DNA of 64,000 bases from Acidobacteriota bacterium (GCA_965248695.1 CBDFKD010000002.1:2976001-3040000), one strand, 5' to 3'. Shown: positions 1 through 10,406, counted from the stretch's first letter. Numbers and translations are program-made. The notes: generated by a model not told the origin, from the letters alone.

Positions 1-667
1 AGACCCGCAGAGCGCCGCCGGCGGCTACACGGCACTGCACGCCGCGGTGCTCCGTGGTGACCTGCAGACGGTCGAGGCGCTAGTCGCCCACGGCGCGAAT
101 GTCGACGTGTTGCTCACCCGGGGCAGCCCGATCCAGCGCTACGGGTCGCACTGGGCTTTGTCGAGCGCCTGGGCCGGCGCCACACCGCTGCTCCTGGCGA
201 CCCACTACCTGGAAACGAAGATCATGCGTTCGCTTATCGGCCACGGAGCGTCGATCACGCATGCTCTCCCGAACGGTGCCACGCCCCTGCTGGTGGCGGC
301 TGGGACCTCCGTCGAGCGGCGTATCAACCGGCCGTTGGACCACTCTGACACTCCCAGGGTGATCGGGGATATTTTCTTCGAGCGCTCCCCGGAGGCCTCG
401 TTCGAGGCGGTGCGGTTCCTGCTCGACGCCGGGGCCGACGTGAGCCAGACGAATCCCGCGGGCGACACCGCCATGCATGCCGCTGCCGCCAACGGTTTCT
501 CCACCGTAGTCCGGCTGCTCGCCGAGCGCGGCGCCGAGCTGAACGCCAAGAACGACAACGGCCAGACCCCGCTGACGATGACGGCCGGCAGAGGGGCGCT
601 CGGAAGCAAGGCCGACCATCGCGCCCAGGCCGCCGAGTTGCTCCGGGAGCTCGGCGCTACCGAGTGA
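1..667 (+). CDS. Ankyrin repeat protein (5' partial)
   Basis: Repeated ankyrin motifs GYTALHAA, GATPLLLA, GDTAMHAAA, GQTPL; the frame is open to the window edge. Confidence 0.9.
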   Translation, partial: DPQSAAGGYTALHAAVLRGDLQTVEALVAHGANVDVLLTRGSPIQRYGSHWALSSAWAGATPLLLATHYLETKIMRSLIGHGASITHALPNGATPLLVAAGTSVERRINRPLDHSDTPRVIGDIFFERSPEASFEAVRFLLDAGADVSQTNPAGDTAMHAAAANGFSTVVRLLAERGAELNAKNDNGQTPLTMTAGRGALGSKADHRAQAAELLRELGATE

Positions 668-691
668 GGCGCGGGCGCTAGCCTGTCGACA

Positions 692-1135
692 TTACGTCTC
701 TTCGGCGAGCTTCTTCAGCCGATCCATCGCCGCCCGCGCATTGCGCTTCGCCATGATCGTGATCACCGGCGACAGCAGGCGGAGCATGAGCCCGACAGCC
801 CGCCACCGAGCCGAGTAGGTGAGCTCGACACTGTTCTGGCGTGGCGTGATCGAGTAGGTGACCACCATCGGGGATGCGCCGAGGCTGCCGCCCGTCAACT
901 GGATTCGCAGGCAGTTGCCTGGCTGGAAGGCGAGGATCTCGCTGTTGTAGTCGACTACACGGGAACCCTCGCGAATCTGGACGGCTGACCGGGTGCCTAC
1001 CGCCGGTGGTCCCGACGTCATCGGCTCGACATTGACGATGTCCGGGCTCCAGCTCATCACGTGCTGGTCGTCGGCGAGCAGCGGCCACAGCTCCTCGGCA
1101 GTGGTCTCGATGTCGACGCGATGATCGAAGTTCAT
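692..1135 (-). CDS. SRPBCC/START-like family protein
   Basis: 147 aa, VDIETTAEELW...WSPDI...GPPAVGTR pattern and C-terminal helix typical of SRPBCC. Confidence 0.8.
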   Translation of the reverse strand: MNFDHRVDIETTAEELWPLLADDQHVMSWSPDIVNVEPMTSGPPAVGTRSAVQIREGSRVVDYNSEILAFQPGNCLRIQLTGGSLGASPMVVTYSITPRQNSVELTYSARWRAVGLMLRLLSPVITIMAKRNARAAMDRLKKLAEET

Positions 1136-1268
1136 CGGCTCTCGTCCTCAGCTCACGATCACGCTTGCTCATGCAGGCTCCATGACCAACCGCGGGAACC
1201 ATGGCATAGGAGAGGCGCGGGGTGCTACCTTGCCGCCCGTTCCCTTGGCAAACACGCGGGAGGCGACA

Positions 1269-2099
1269 ATGAGCACGGCGCGAGAGCAGTCCCCTTCGGC
1301 GACATGGCAACGGGCAATCCGGGTCGTGAGCCTGGCGCTCGCCGTGAGCGCCTGCGGCGGTGAGTCGACAGAGGCACCTCGAGGGGCGGACCTGACCAAA
1401 CCCATCGAGGCTGATCCCATTGCTTACGATCCGACGATCCTCGACGATCCGGCGCGCACCGACGACGACCGCTACCGCGACGTCGGCATGCGGCCGCTGG
1501 AAATCTATGCGTTCTTCGGCATCGAGCCGGGGATGGTGGTCGGCGATCTGGGCACGGCGCTGATGTACAACGCGCACATCCTCGACCACGTTGTTGGCCC
1601 GCAGGGCAGGGTCCACGCCATCGTGGACTGGGGCCCGACGCTGGCCGACTGGCGATCGGAACGCACGATGCCGGCCTATGAGCAGCGCACAGCCGCCGGT
1701 GCGCTTGGCAACGTCGAGCTCGCCAACACGCTCGAAGACCTGTCTGCCGACAGCCTCGATGCACTGCTCATCATCCGCCATTACCACGACTTCGGCGACC
1801 GCGCGGCACGAATCGCGCAGCTACCGCGGTTTCTGAGGGTGCTGAAGCCGGGCGGCATTCTCGGGGTCATGGATGCCCACACGGACGCGCCCGAGGAGCG
1901 CGACGAGTCCGTACACCGGATGAACGAGGCGCTGGCCCGCGACGAGATCGCCGGCGGCGGGTTCGAACACGTCGCGTCCTCCGATCTACTCCACAACAGC
2001 GACGACACCTTCGACTTCGACGGCCGCGAAGATGATGCCCCGATCCATCGCTACTTCATCCATCGATGGACGATGAAGTTCCGCAAACCGTCAGGCTAG
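1269..2099 (+). CDS. Lipoprotein, predicted class I SAM-dependent methyltransferase
   Basis: GGAGG RBS before ATG 1269; lipobox LAVSAC; D-RYRD...RPLE..FFGIEPGMVV, YHD, LKPGG.LG..D and SDLLHN..D motifs. Confidence 0.75.
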   Translation: MSTAREQSPSATWQRAIRVVSLALAVSACGGESTEAPRGADLTKPIEADPIAYDPTILDDPARTDDDRYRDVGMRPLEIYAFFGIEPGMVVGDLGTALMYNAHILDHVVGPQGRVHAIVDWGPTLADWRSERTMPAYEQRTAAGALGNVELANTLEDLSADSLDALLIIRHYHDFGDRAARIAQLPRFLRVLKPGGILGVMDAHTDAPEERDESVHRMNEALARDEIAGGGFEHVASSDLLHNSDDTFDFDGREDDAPIHRYFIHRWTMKFRKPSG

Positions 2100-2246
2100 A
2101 CATCGATCACGGCCGCATTCTTCGCGTCTTGCGCCATCCGTAACGACGGTCACAGCTCGCCAGCTCCGGCTCATGCTAACGTCAGTCGTTCTCTCTGGTT
2201 CCCGCGCCGGCGCCGGAGCGCAATTCCTCGGCAAATCGGAGTCCTC

Positions 2247-2838
2247 ATGCGCGCCACATCGACCGTTGCACTCGCCCTCTCCACGCTCCTGCTAGCCGCC
2301 CCGGGCCGGGGCACAACAGCAGCGCACCGAGTACGACCCTCTACCGATAACCGCGATGCAGACGACGAACGTCGCAACCCCGATGGCGTTGCCGATCGGA
2401 GACCTGCCGACCATCGACATCTGGTGGTTTCCGCCCGTCTTCACCATCAAGGGCGAGCAGGTCGACTTCGTCGAGATCATGCAGGGGGTGCCGAAGAAGA
2501 AGATCGCAATCGGGTGCTCGGGCGGCTACGTGAACATCGACAACCTGGGCACGGTTCCGCCGGCGAACAACATGCCCGCGAGCGCGAGCGTGAAGATGAC
2601 GCGCATGACCACCGGGGGCAAGGAGAAGAACTTCGGCTCAGTGAAGGCGAACACAGTGCCGTTTCCGGTAGCCATCTGGCTGGCGTTCAAGAGCCGCACG
2701 ATCCCCAAGGACACCGCTTCGATCCATTTCGAGATCAAGTTCAGCGGCACCGGGACGAGCCTCCCGCGCCTGGCGATGAACGTCAACTGCGGCGTGACGA
2801 GCATCGACGCAGTGTCGCGACTGACGATGGAGCCGTAG
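2247..2838 (+). pseudogene. Secreted hypothetical protein split by a +1 frameshift near 2300
   Basis: Signal peptide MRATSTVALALSTLLLAAP in one frame continues as AGAQQQRTEYDPLPITAMQTT... in the 2356..2838 frame if one G of CCGGG is removed. Confidence 0.6.
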
Positions 2839-2861
2839 CGGCGCGAGCGCTAGACCCGGGC

Positions 2862-3134
2862 CTATTCCGACGTGCCGGGACCACCCTTGCGGGTCGCCAA
2901 CTCCGCCAGGACGTTCTCGAGGTCGGGGAAGCCGGCGCCGAACAGCGGACGCGTGATCGCGTTGCCACCGCGCGAGGCGATGACGTTGTCGTCCGCCAGC
3001 ACATCGAACTGGCCCGTCTTGCCGGGTTCGACGGCCGCGTCGAGACCCAGCCGCTGCTTGATGAGGGCGACGAGACTCGCCGCCTTGCTCTCGGAGCGCC
3101 GTCAGGTGGCGCAGGAACGGATTTCGATCTTCAT
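2862..3134 (-). CDS. Rdx (SelW/SelT/SelH-like) selenoprotein, CxxU motif; absent from the ORF track
   Basis: MKIEIRSCAT-U(TGA 3104-3102)-RRSESKAASL...GKTGQFDVLADD..IASR...GFPD; GAGGTG RBS; directly follows the upstream gene; SECIS-like hairpin 3066-3084. Confidence 0.85.
3066..3084 (-). promoter_or_regulatory. Putative bacterial SECIS hairpin (Rdx gene)
   Basis: GGCGGCGA-GTC-TCGTCGCC; loop starts with G, 25 nt after the UGA. Confidence 0.6.
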
Positions 3135-3136
3135 GG

Positions 3137-3982
3137 TCACCTCAGGATGCGTTGATCGCTAAGATCCTTGCCACCCACCGCGGTGGATATCCGAGCGCCG
3201 CGGAACTCGTTGATCTCGAGATCGGCGAACGCGTTGACGATGTTGTACTGCGTCGGCATGTCCTCCCAGCGCGCCCGGTGGAACTGCAACGTCCCGTCGC
3301 CGAGCCAGGCCTGCTCGGGCACTTCGTCCGAGTTACCCGCCGGCGACAGAACCGCGTACTGCACGTCGGCGATCCCCCACTCGCCCGTCTTCGGGATGTA
3401 CTTGTAGTGCAGCGTCCCTCGCAGCTCGCCGTCCGACGGGTCGGGTGGATCGGCGCTGTCGGTCGGGACCGGCAGCTCCTGCAGGTCCTTGACACTCATG
3501 TCGAGGAACTTGAAGCCCATCCAGCTGGCGGTGACGTGAGTTTCGCCCTCGAACACCCGTGGCTCCGGTAGGTCGGCGTAGATCTTCGAGAAGCCGAGCT
3601 CATCGCGTCCGGTAAGGATGGGATCGGTGAGGTTCTCCCAGAGCACGAGCAGCAGGCTGCCGCTGGCGTGATCCTGGCGTCCATCGAACCGGGCCGGAAA
3701 ACTGACTCCGAGGATGTTGTATCCGCGTCCCGCCAGCCACGGAATCTCGGTGATATAGGTGGCGGCCACGGTCACCACCGGCTCGCCGTCGAGCGAGAAG
3801 CCTTGGGGGAGCATCGTCGCCAGCTGGGCGGCGTTGGTCAGACAGCTCACCGCGACTGTCTTCTTGCGCGGTGCGTCGATGTTGTCGAACGTCTCGCCGT
3901 TCGGCCCCCGCCGCGGACCTGTTCGGGGTCCGAAGTGCGTCGGCATGCGGTACATCGCGTCGGGCTCGAACGTGTAGCTCAT
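3137..3982 (-). CDS. Acetoacetate decarboxylase-like family protein
   Basis: YRMPTHFGP, WLAGRGYN, LWEN.TDPILTGRDELGFSK (Schiff-base Lys motif). Confidence 0.8.
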   Translation of the reverse strand: MSYTFEPDAMYRMPTHFGPRTGPRRGPNGETFDNIDAPRKKTVAVSCLTNAAQLATMLPQGFSLDGEPVVTVAATYITEIPWLAGRGYNILGVSFPARFDGRQDHASGSLLLVLWENLTDPILTGRDELGFSKIYADLPEPRVFEGETHVTASWMGFKFLDMSVKDLQELPVPTDSADPPDPSDGELRGTLHYKYIPKTGEWGIADVQYAVLSPAGNSDEVPEQAWLGDGTLQFHRARWEDMPTQYNIVNAFADLEINEFRGARISTAVGGKDLSDQRILR

Positions 3983-4225
3983 GGAAGCAGCGACCTCGAT
4001 TTTGGGGCCGGCCTCACGCTTGCCCGTAGGCTCCAGGCAGTGAAGACGAGCAGCGACACGACGACTAGCGGCCTGTTCCTTCTGGCCATGAGATCACTCC
4101 CTCGTTGGCCGCGGGCTCGGCTCGCAAGCACTTTCAGCGGCACGCTCGACAGCGACCCGTGATCTGTAACCTGTCCGAGGTGTCCGCTAAGATCAACCCC
4201 CCGCAACTTCGACGAGGAGACTCCC

Positions 4226-6376
4226 GTGGACCCTGCCGCGCCACCGCCGCGCAATGCCCGCCGGTGGCCGCTGATCGTGGCGCTGACGTCATGCGGGTGG
4301 GTTGCCACTTCACCGGATCCGGTGCGCGCTTCGCTCGCGATCATCCAGGCGCGCGTTGTCGACGACGCCGCGTTGGCCGATGAGCGGCAGGGCAGCGACT
4401 GGCTGGCGTTCGGCCGCACGTACAGCGAGCAGCGCTTCAGTCCCCTGACCCAGATCAACGCCTCCAACGTCAGCGACCTGGCGGTTGACTGGTATCTCGA
4501 TCTGCCGAACGACCGGGGTCTGGTGTCCACCCCCCTGGTGGTCGACGGAGTGCTGTACTTCAACGGCAGCCTGAACATCGTGAGAGCCGTCGACGCTGCC
4601 ACCGGTGCCCTCCTGTGGGAGTACGACCCGAAGGTCGCGGAACGCGCTTCGAGTCGCCGCGCCCGCATCGGCTGGGACCACAACCGCGGCATCGGCTTCT
4701 GGAAGGGCAAGGTCTACCTCGCCACCTGGGACGGCGTTCTCGTCGCGCTCGACGCCGCCACCGGCCGCGAGCTATGGAGCACGCCGACCGTCGACCCGGA
4801 AGACCACTACTTCATCACCGGCGCCCCGAAGATCTTCAAGGGCAAGGTGCTGGTGGGCAACGGCGGCACCGAGCTCGGCGCTTCCCGCGGCTACGTCACC
4901 GCCTACGACGCCGAGACCGGCGAGCAGGCCTGGCGCTTTTGGATCGTCCCCGGCAACCCCGCCGACGGGTTCGAGAACGAGGCCATGCGGATGGCCGCCG
5001 AGACCTGGACCGGCGAGTGGTGGAAGTACGGCGGCGGTGGCAACGCCTGGCACGGCTTCACCTACGACCACGAGCTCAACGCGCTCTACATCGGTACCGG
5101 CAACGGCTCGCCCTGGAACCAGAAGATCCGCAGCCCGGGGGGCGGCGACAACCTGTTCCTGTCATCCATCGTCGCCCTCGACCCCGACAGCGGCGAATAC
5201 CTCTGGCACTACCAGACGAACCCCGGCGAGACCTGGGATTACAACTCCAACATGGACATCGTCCTGGCCGATCTGACGATCGACGGGCGCGACGTGAAGG
5301 CGATCCTACACGCCCCCAAGAATGGCTTCTTTTATGTGATCGATCGCGCCGCCGGGAAGCTGATCTCCGCCGAGCCGTTCACCGAGGTCACCTGGGCGAC
5401 GGGGATCGACCTCGACACCGGACGACCGATCGAGGTCCCCGGCGCGCGCTTCGAGGAGCGGCCGGCGCGCATCGCGCCGACCGCGAACGGAGCGCACAGC
5501 TGGCACGCCATGTCGTACAACCCGATGACCGGGCTGGCCTACCTTCCCGTCATCCACCAGGCGAACACGTACAGCGACGAGGGCATCGACCTGGACAACT
5601 GGCGCTCTCCACAACGACAGGAGTTCAGCACCGGGGTCTCGACCCTGGGCAGCGGACCGTCCCGCGCGGACGGCGTCCGCGGCTCGCTACAGGCCTGGGA
5701 CCCCGTACGTCAGCAGCTCGCCTGGGAGATTCCGCTGCACGGCTACTGGAACCCGGGAACCATGACGACAGCGGGGAGCCTCGTCTTTCAGGGGCGCGTC
5801 GACGGCGGCTTCGCAGCCTACGACGCGGTCAGCGGCGACGAGCTGTGGACATTCGACCTGGGTCTTGGCATTTCCGCGCCGCCGATTACGTACGCGATCG
5901 ACGGCCGCCAGTATGTCGCGCTGCTCATCGGCTGGGGCGGATCACTGGCCGCGTTCGGTGGCGAGTTCGGAGCGTCGCACGGATGGGCATACGGTGCCCA
6001 AACGCGACGCCTGGTAGTGTTCTCCCTCGACGGTGAGGCGGACCTTCCGGCGCAGCCACCGCGCGAGATCCCGGAGCCGATCAGCTCCGCCGATTTCAAG
6101 GTAGACGCCTCGCTAGCGCAGCAGGGCGCCAGCATCTATCGGATGTGCGTCTACTGTCACGGCGGAGGCGCTCTCTCCTCGGGCATGGCGCCCGACCTGA
6201 GGGCCTCGCGCATCGTGCTTTCGGACATCGCGTTCGCCACCGTCGTCCGCGACGGCTCGCGGCTGCCGCGCGGGATGCCGGTTTACCTCGAGTTCTCCGA
6301 TGCCGAGCTCTTGGCGCTGCAGCACTACATCCGACGGCAGGCCGAGCAGGCATTCGCCAGCGACGGATCGAGATAG
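4226..6376 (+). CDS. PQQ-dependent quinohemoprotein (type II) alcohol dehydrogenase, paralog 1
   Basis: Signal peptide; RFSPLTQIN, W-motif beta-propeller repeats, GTGNGSPW, PGETWDY; C-terminal heme c CVYCH. Confidence 0.92.
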   Translation: MDPAAPPPRNARRWPLIVALTSCGWVATSPDPVRASLAIIQARVVDDAALADERQGSDWLAFGRTYSEQRFSPLTQINASNVSDLAVDWYLDLPNDRGLVSTPLVVDGVLYFNGSLNIVRAVDAATGALLWEYDPKVAERASSRRARIGWDHNRGIGFWKGKVYLATWDGVLVALDAATGRELWSTPTVDPEDHYFITGAPKIFKGKVLVGNGGTELGASRGYVTAYDAETGEQAWRFWIVPGNPADGFENEAMRMAAETWTGEWWKYGGGGNAWHGFTYDHELNALYIGTGNGSPWNQKIRSPGGGDNLFLSSIVALDPDSGEYLWHYQTNPGETWDYNSNMDIVLADLTIDGRDVKAILHAPKNGFFYVIDRAAGKLISAEPFTEVTWATGIDLDTGRPIEVPGARFEERPARIAPTANGAHSWHAMSYNPMTGLAYLPVIHQANTYSDEGIDLDNWRSPQRQEFSTGVSTLGSGPSRADGVRGSLQAWDPVRQQLAWEIPLHGYWNPGTMTTAGSLVFQGRVDGGFAAYDAVSGDELWTFDLGLGISAPPITYAIDGRQYVALLIGWGGSLAAFGGEFGASHGWAYGAQTRRLVVFSLDGEADLPAQPPREIPEPISSADFKVDASLAQQGASIYRMCVYCHGGGALSSGMAPDLRASRIVLSDIAFATVVRDGSRLPRGMPVYLEFSDAELLALQHYIRRQAEQAFASDGSR

Positions 6377-8106
6377 TGGTCCGGGCCCTGCTACTCGGCA
6401 GCTTGGCTTTGTTCGCCGTCTTTTCTGCTGGGTGCGCCGACGGTAGCGATGAGAGCTTCGACATTGTCATCGAAAACGGAATGGTGGTGGATGGAACCGG
6501 GAATCCCCGGTTTCGCGCCGACATCGGGATCCGTGGCGGCTCCATCGTCGCGGTTGGGGATCTCGGCTCCGTAACCGCCGAAAAGACCATCGACGCCGAG
6601 GGTCTCGTGGTTTCTCCCGGGTTCATCGATATACATGCTCACCCGGAGCGAGGGTTCGAGGAGCCGGGTTCAAGCGCCAATCTCAACTATCTGCTCCAGG
6701 GTGTGACCACGGTCGTCACCGGAAACGATGGTGGGGGTACCTTCCGGGTTGCCGAGACCAAGACGAACTGGGAATCACTCGGCATCGGAACCAACGCCGC
6801 CCATCTGGTCGGATTCGGAGCCCTCCGCGAGGAAGTCATGGGAGTGGAGACGCGGGCGCCCACGTCGGATGAGCTGGCGCGAATGCAGGCGCTCGCACGA
6901 CAGGCGATGCAGGAGGGCGCCTGGGGAATGAGCTCGGGCCTGGAGTACGTGCCCGGCCGCTATGCCAGTACCGAAGAGCTCATCGCGGTGGCCGGAGTCG
7001 TCGGCGAGCTCGGTGGGGTCTACTCGAGCCATCAGCGCAACGAGTTCGACGGTGTGCTGGAGGCCACCCAAGAGACCATCAGAATCGCCGACGAAGCGGG
7101 GGTGCGCGGCAACTCGACTCATCTGAAGATTGCGCGAAAGAACAACTGGGGCGTGATGTCCGAGGTCATCGAGCTTATCAACGAGGCGCGGGCTCGAGGC
7201 GTGGACGTCGGCGCCGACCTGTACCCGTATCACTTCGCATCGGGAGGGCCGATTCTCCCGATCGCGAGAAACGGTGGCTGGGCTCCGTTTCATCTCCCGA
7301 GCGACATGGAGCCGTTTGTCGAGCTGAGACAGGCCCTCAGCGACCGGAGCCTGCCGGACTCCGAGAGACAGGAGCTGAGGGATCGTTACGTCGATGAGCT
7401 GGCGATGGCGCTGTCCGATGTCTCGAAGCGGGAACAGATCAGGGAATCGGTCTTGATCGGCACCCCGGAAAGTCCGAGTTCAGTGGCTCTGGCGGGCTGG
7501 GATAGCTATCTGGTCGTCGTGGCCGACAAGAACGCGGATCTGGTCGGACGGATCCTCTCGGACATTGCCGCGGAGCAAACCCGCGATCCCTTCGACGTCG
7601 CCGCGGATCTCGTCATCGATGAGCCTGACCTGTACGTTGCATGTGGGGTCATGTCGGAAGACGACATGCGCCTCGCAATGCAGCAGGATTGGCTGATGTT
7701 CTCCAGTGACGGAGGCGCGTTGCCCATCGTGCGGGAGTCTGACGCGCCGCGCATCAGTCATCCTCGCTCTTTCGGCAGTCAGGCCAGAGTACTCGGCAGG
7801 TACGTGAGGGAACAGGAGGTCTTGACGCTCGAGAACGCCATCAGAAAGATGAGCTCCCTTCCCGCCGAGTTCCTCCAAATGAAGGATCGAGGCCTGCTCA
7901 TGAGCGGATACCGCGCGGATATCGCCGTGTTCGATCCGGACACCATCAGAGAAAACGCCACTCATGCAAACGCTCGCCAGTACAGCAGCGGGATGCACTC
8001 CGTCCTAGTGAATGGGCAGCTCGCGATCGACAACGGCGAGTTCACCGGTGGACTCTACGGAAGGGTGCTGACGCCCCGTTTGGAGCGCATGTCGCAGGCG
8101 CCTTAG
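6376..8106 (+). CDS. N-acyl-D-amino acid deacylase / amidohydrolase family lipoprotein
   Basis: GTG overlapping the upstream stop; lipobox FSAGC; VDGTG, PGFIDIHAH, HPRSFG, ADIAVFD. Confidence 0.88.
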   Translation: MVRALLLGSLALFAVFSAGCADGSDESFDIVIENGMVVDGTGNPRFRADIGIRGGSIVAVGDLGSVTAEKTIDAEGLVVSPGFIDIHAHPERGFEEPGSSANLNYLLQGVTTVVTGNDGGGTFRVAETKTNWESLGIGTNAAHLVGFGALREEVMGVETRAPTSDELARMQALARQAMQEGAWGMSSGLEYVPGRYASTEELIAVAGVVGELGGVYSSHQRNEFDGVLEATQETIRIADEAGVRGNSTHLKIARKNNWGVMSEVIELINEARARGVDVGADLYPYHFASGGPILPIARNGGWAPFHLPSDMEPFVELRQALSDRSLPDSERQELRDRYVDELAMALSDVSKREQIRESVLIGTPESPSSVALAGWDSYLVVVADKNADLVGRILSDIAAEQTRDPFDVAADLVIDEPDLYVACGVMSEDDMRLAMQQDWLMFSSDGGALPIVRESDAPRISHPRSFGSQARVLGRYVREQEVLTLENAIRKMSSLPAEFLQMKDRGLLMSGYRADIAVFDPDTIRENATHANARQYSSGMHSVLVNGQLAIDNGEFTGGLYGRVLTPRLERMSQAP

Positions 8107-8222
8107 GCGATCGTCCGCCGATCGCTTGAACCGCGCGCCTCCGTTGCCCGCGCCAGTGCGCATCGCTAGAGTCGTGCCAGCTCGCATCTCGCACGACAAC
8201 ACGAAAAACGGAGGCTCGTCCA

Positions 8223-10346
8223 TTGAACGGTCGTTGGTCACTGACTCGGGGACTCGGCTGCTCGCTGCTGCTCGCGACCATGGTGCTGTCGCCTGAAGCG
8301 GCGTGGACCATCGGCGCCTCGCAAACGCCCACCGTGGTGGACGACGCGGCGATGGCCAACGAAACGCAGGGCGACAACTGGCTGGCGTTCGGCCGCACCT
8401 ACAGCGAGCAGCGTTTCAGCCCGCTCACCCAGATCAACTCGCTCAACGTCGCCGACCTGTCGGTCGACTGGTACCTGGATCTGCCGACCGACCGCGGGCT
8501 GACCTCCACCCCGCTCGTCGTCGACGGCATTCTGTACTTCATCGGCAGCATGAACGTCGTGCGCGCGGTCGACGGTGCTACCGGCAGGATGCTCTGGGAG
8601 TACGACCCCGACATCGTCGGCAACGCCGCCCACCGCATGCGGTCCGGGTGGGATCACAACCGCGGAATCGCCTTCTGGAAAGGCAAGGTCTACGTCGCTA
8701 CCTGGGACGGTCGACTCAACGCCGTCGACGCCGCCACCGGCGAGGAGCTGTGGAGCGTGATGACGGTCGATCCGTCCGCGCACTACTACATCACGGGGGC
8801 GCCGAAGGTCTTCAAGGGCAAGGTACTGATCGGCAACGGCGGTGCCGATCGCGGCGCCTCGCGCGGCTACGTCACCGCCTACGACGCCGAGACCGGCGAG
8901 CAGGCCTGGCGCTTCTGGATCGTCCCCGGCAACCCAGCCGACGGCTTCGAGAACGACGCCATGCGGATGGCCGCCGAGACCTGGACCGGAGAGTGGTGGA
9001 AGCTCGGGGGCGGCGGCAATTCCTGGCACGGCTTCACCTACGACGCCGAGCTCGATGCGCTGTACATCGGCACCGGTAACGGCGCGCCCTGGAACCAGAA
9101 GCTCCGCAGTCCCGGCGGCGGCGACAACTTGTTCCTGTGCTCGATCGTCGCCCTCGATCCCGACACCGGCGAGTACCTCTGGCATTACCAGACCACGCCG
9201 GGTGAGACCTGGGACTACAACTCCAACATGGACATCGTGCTCGCCGACCTCGAGATCGACGGACGCGAGGTCAAGGCGCTTCTCCACGCCCCCAAGAACG
9301 GCTTCTTTTACGTCATCGATCGGGAAACCGGAAAGCTACTCTCGGCGGAGCCGTACGCCGAAGTGAGCTGGGCCACGGAGATCGATCTGCAGACCGGGCG
9401 CCCGGTCGAGGTTCCCGGCGCCCGCTACGGGGACCGGCCGGCCCGGATCACCCCCTCGTACGCCGGCGCCCACAACTGGCAAGCGATGTCCTACAACCCG
9501 CTCACGGGGTTGACGTACATCCCCGCCATCCACCTGACGATGATGTTCAGCGACGAGGGCATCGATCTCGAGAGCTGGCAGCCCGGCCCGCGTCAGGGCG
9601 CCGGGGTGCGGGCGACCAGCGTCGGATCGCCGCGGTCGGACGGAGCCTCCGGTTCGTTGCTCGCATGGGATCCCGTACGCCAGCAGCTTGCCTGGGAGGT
9701 TCCGCTGACCGGCCTATGGAACGCCGGCACGATGACGAGTGCCGGCAACTTGGTGTTCCAGGGTCGCACCGACGGAGCCTTCGCCGCCCACAGCGCCCAG
9801 ACCGGCGAGACGCTGTGGACCTTCGACATGGGCTCCGGGATCTCGGCGCCCCCGATCACCTACATGATCGACGGGCGCCAGTACGTGGCCCTCCTGGTCG
9901 GCTGGGGTGGCGTGTGGACAGGGATCGGCGGAGCCGAGGCGGCGGCGCCCGGATGGGCGTACGGCGTTCATCCGCGGCGTCTTGTGGCGTTCTCGCTCGA
10001 CGGCGACACTGAGCTGCCGCCCTCGCCGCCACCCATGGTTCCGGTGCCGCTGCATGCCCCCGACTTCGTCGTCGATGAAGCCCTGGCTCAGCAAGGCGCC
10101 AGGGAGTTCGGCGTCGGCTGCGGCGGCTGCCACGGTGGGCTGGTCGCGGGAGGTCAGGCGCCCGACCTGAGGGCGTCGCTCGTGGTGCTGTCAGACGTTG
10201 CGTTCGCGACGGTCGTCCGCGACGGCTCCCGCCTGGCTCGCGGGATGCCGGCCTATCCCGAGCTCACCGAACAGCAGCTCCTGGCGATGCGTCACTTCAT
10301 CCGCGCTGTGGCGGAGCGCGACGCGACAGAATCAAGCGCCCGATAG
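8223..10346 (+). CDS. PQQ-dependent quinohemoprotein (type II) alcohol dehydrogenase, paralog 2
   Basis: GGAGG RBS; very similar to 4226..6376; heme c CGGCH. Confidence 0.92.
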   Translation: MNGRWSLTRGLGCSLLLATMVLSPEAAWTIGASQTPTVVDDAAMANETQGDNWLAFGRTYSEQRFSPLTQINSLNVADLSVDWYLDLPTDRGLTSTPLVVDGILYFIGSMNVVRAVDGATGRMLWEYDPDIVGNAAHRMRSGWDHNRGIAFWKGKVYVATWDGRLNAVDAATGEELWSVMTVDPSAHYYITGAPKVFKGKVLIGNGGADRGASRGYVTAYDAETGEQAWRFWIVPGNPADGFENDAMRMAAETWTGEWWKLGGGGNSWHGFTYDAELDALYIGTGNGAPWNQKLRSPGGGDNLFLCSIVALDPDTGEYLWHYQTTPGETWDYNSNMDIVLADLEIDGREVKALLHAPKNGFFYVIDRETGKLLSAEPYAEVSWATEIDLQTGRPVEVPGARYGDRPARITPSYAGAHNWQAMSYNPLTGLTYIPAIHLTMMFSDEGIDLESWQPGPRQGAGVRATSVGSPRSDGASGSLLAWDPVRQQLAWEVPLTGLWNAGTMTSAGNLVFQGRTDGAFAAHSAQTGETLWTFDMGSGISAPPITYMIDGRQYVALLVGWGGVWTGIGGAEAAAPGWAYGVHPRRLVAFSLDGDTELPPSPPPMVPVPLHAPDFVVDEALAQQGAREFGVGCGGCHGGLVAGGQAPDLRASLVVLSDVAFATVVRDGSRLARGMPAYPELTEQQLLAMRHFIRAVAERDATESSAR

Positions 10347-10406
10347 CCGTCTCGTCCCGGGGAACGATCCGCTTCGGGACGAGGTGGACCAGATGCGGGT
10401 CGACGC

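Noticed and set aside
4360-10260. Long near-identical DNA blocks suggesting an assembly duplication
   Set aside because: The copies differ at many synonymous and non-synonymous sites and at both termini, consistent with true paralogs
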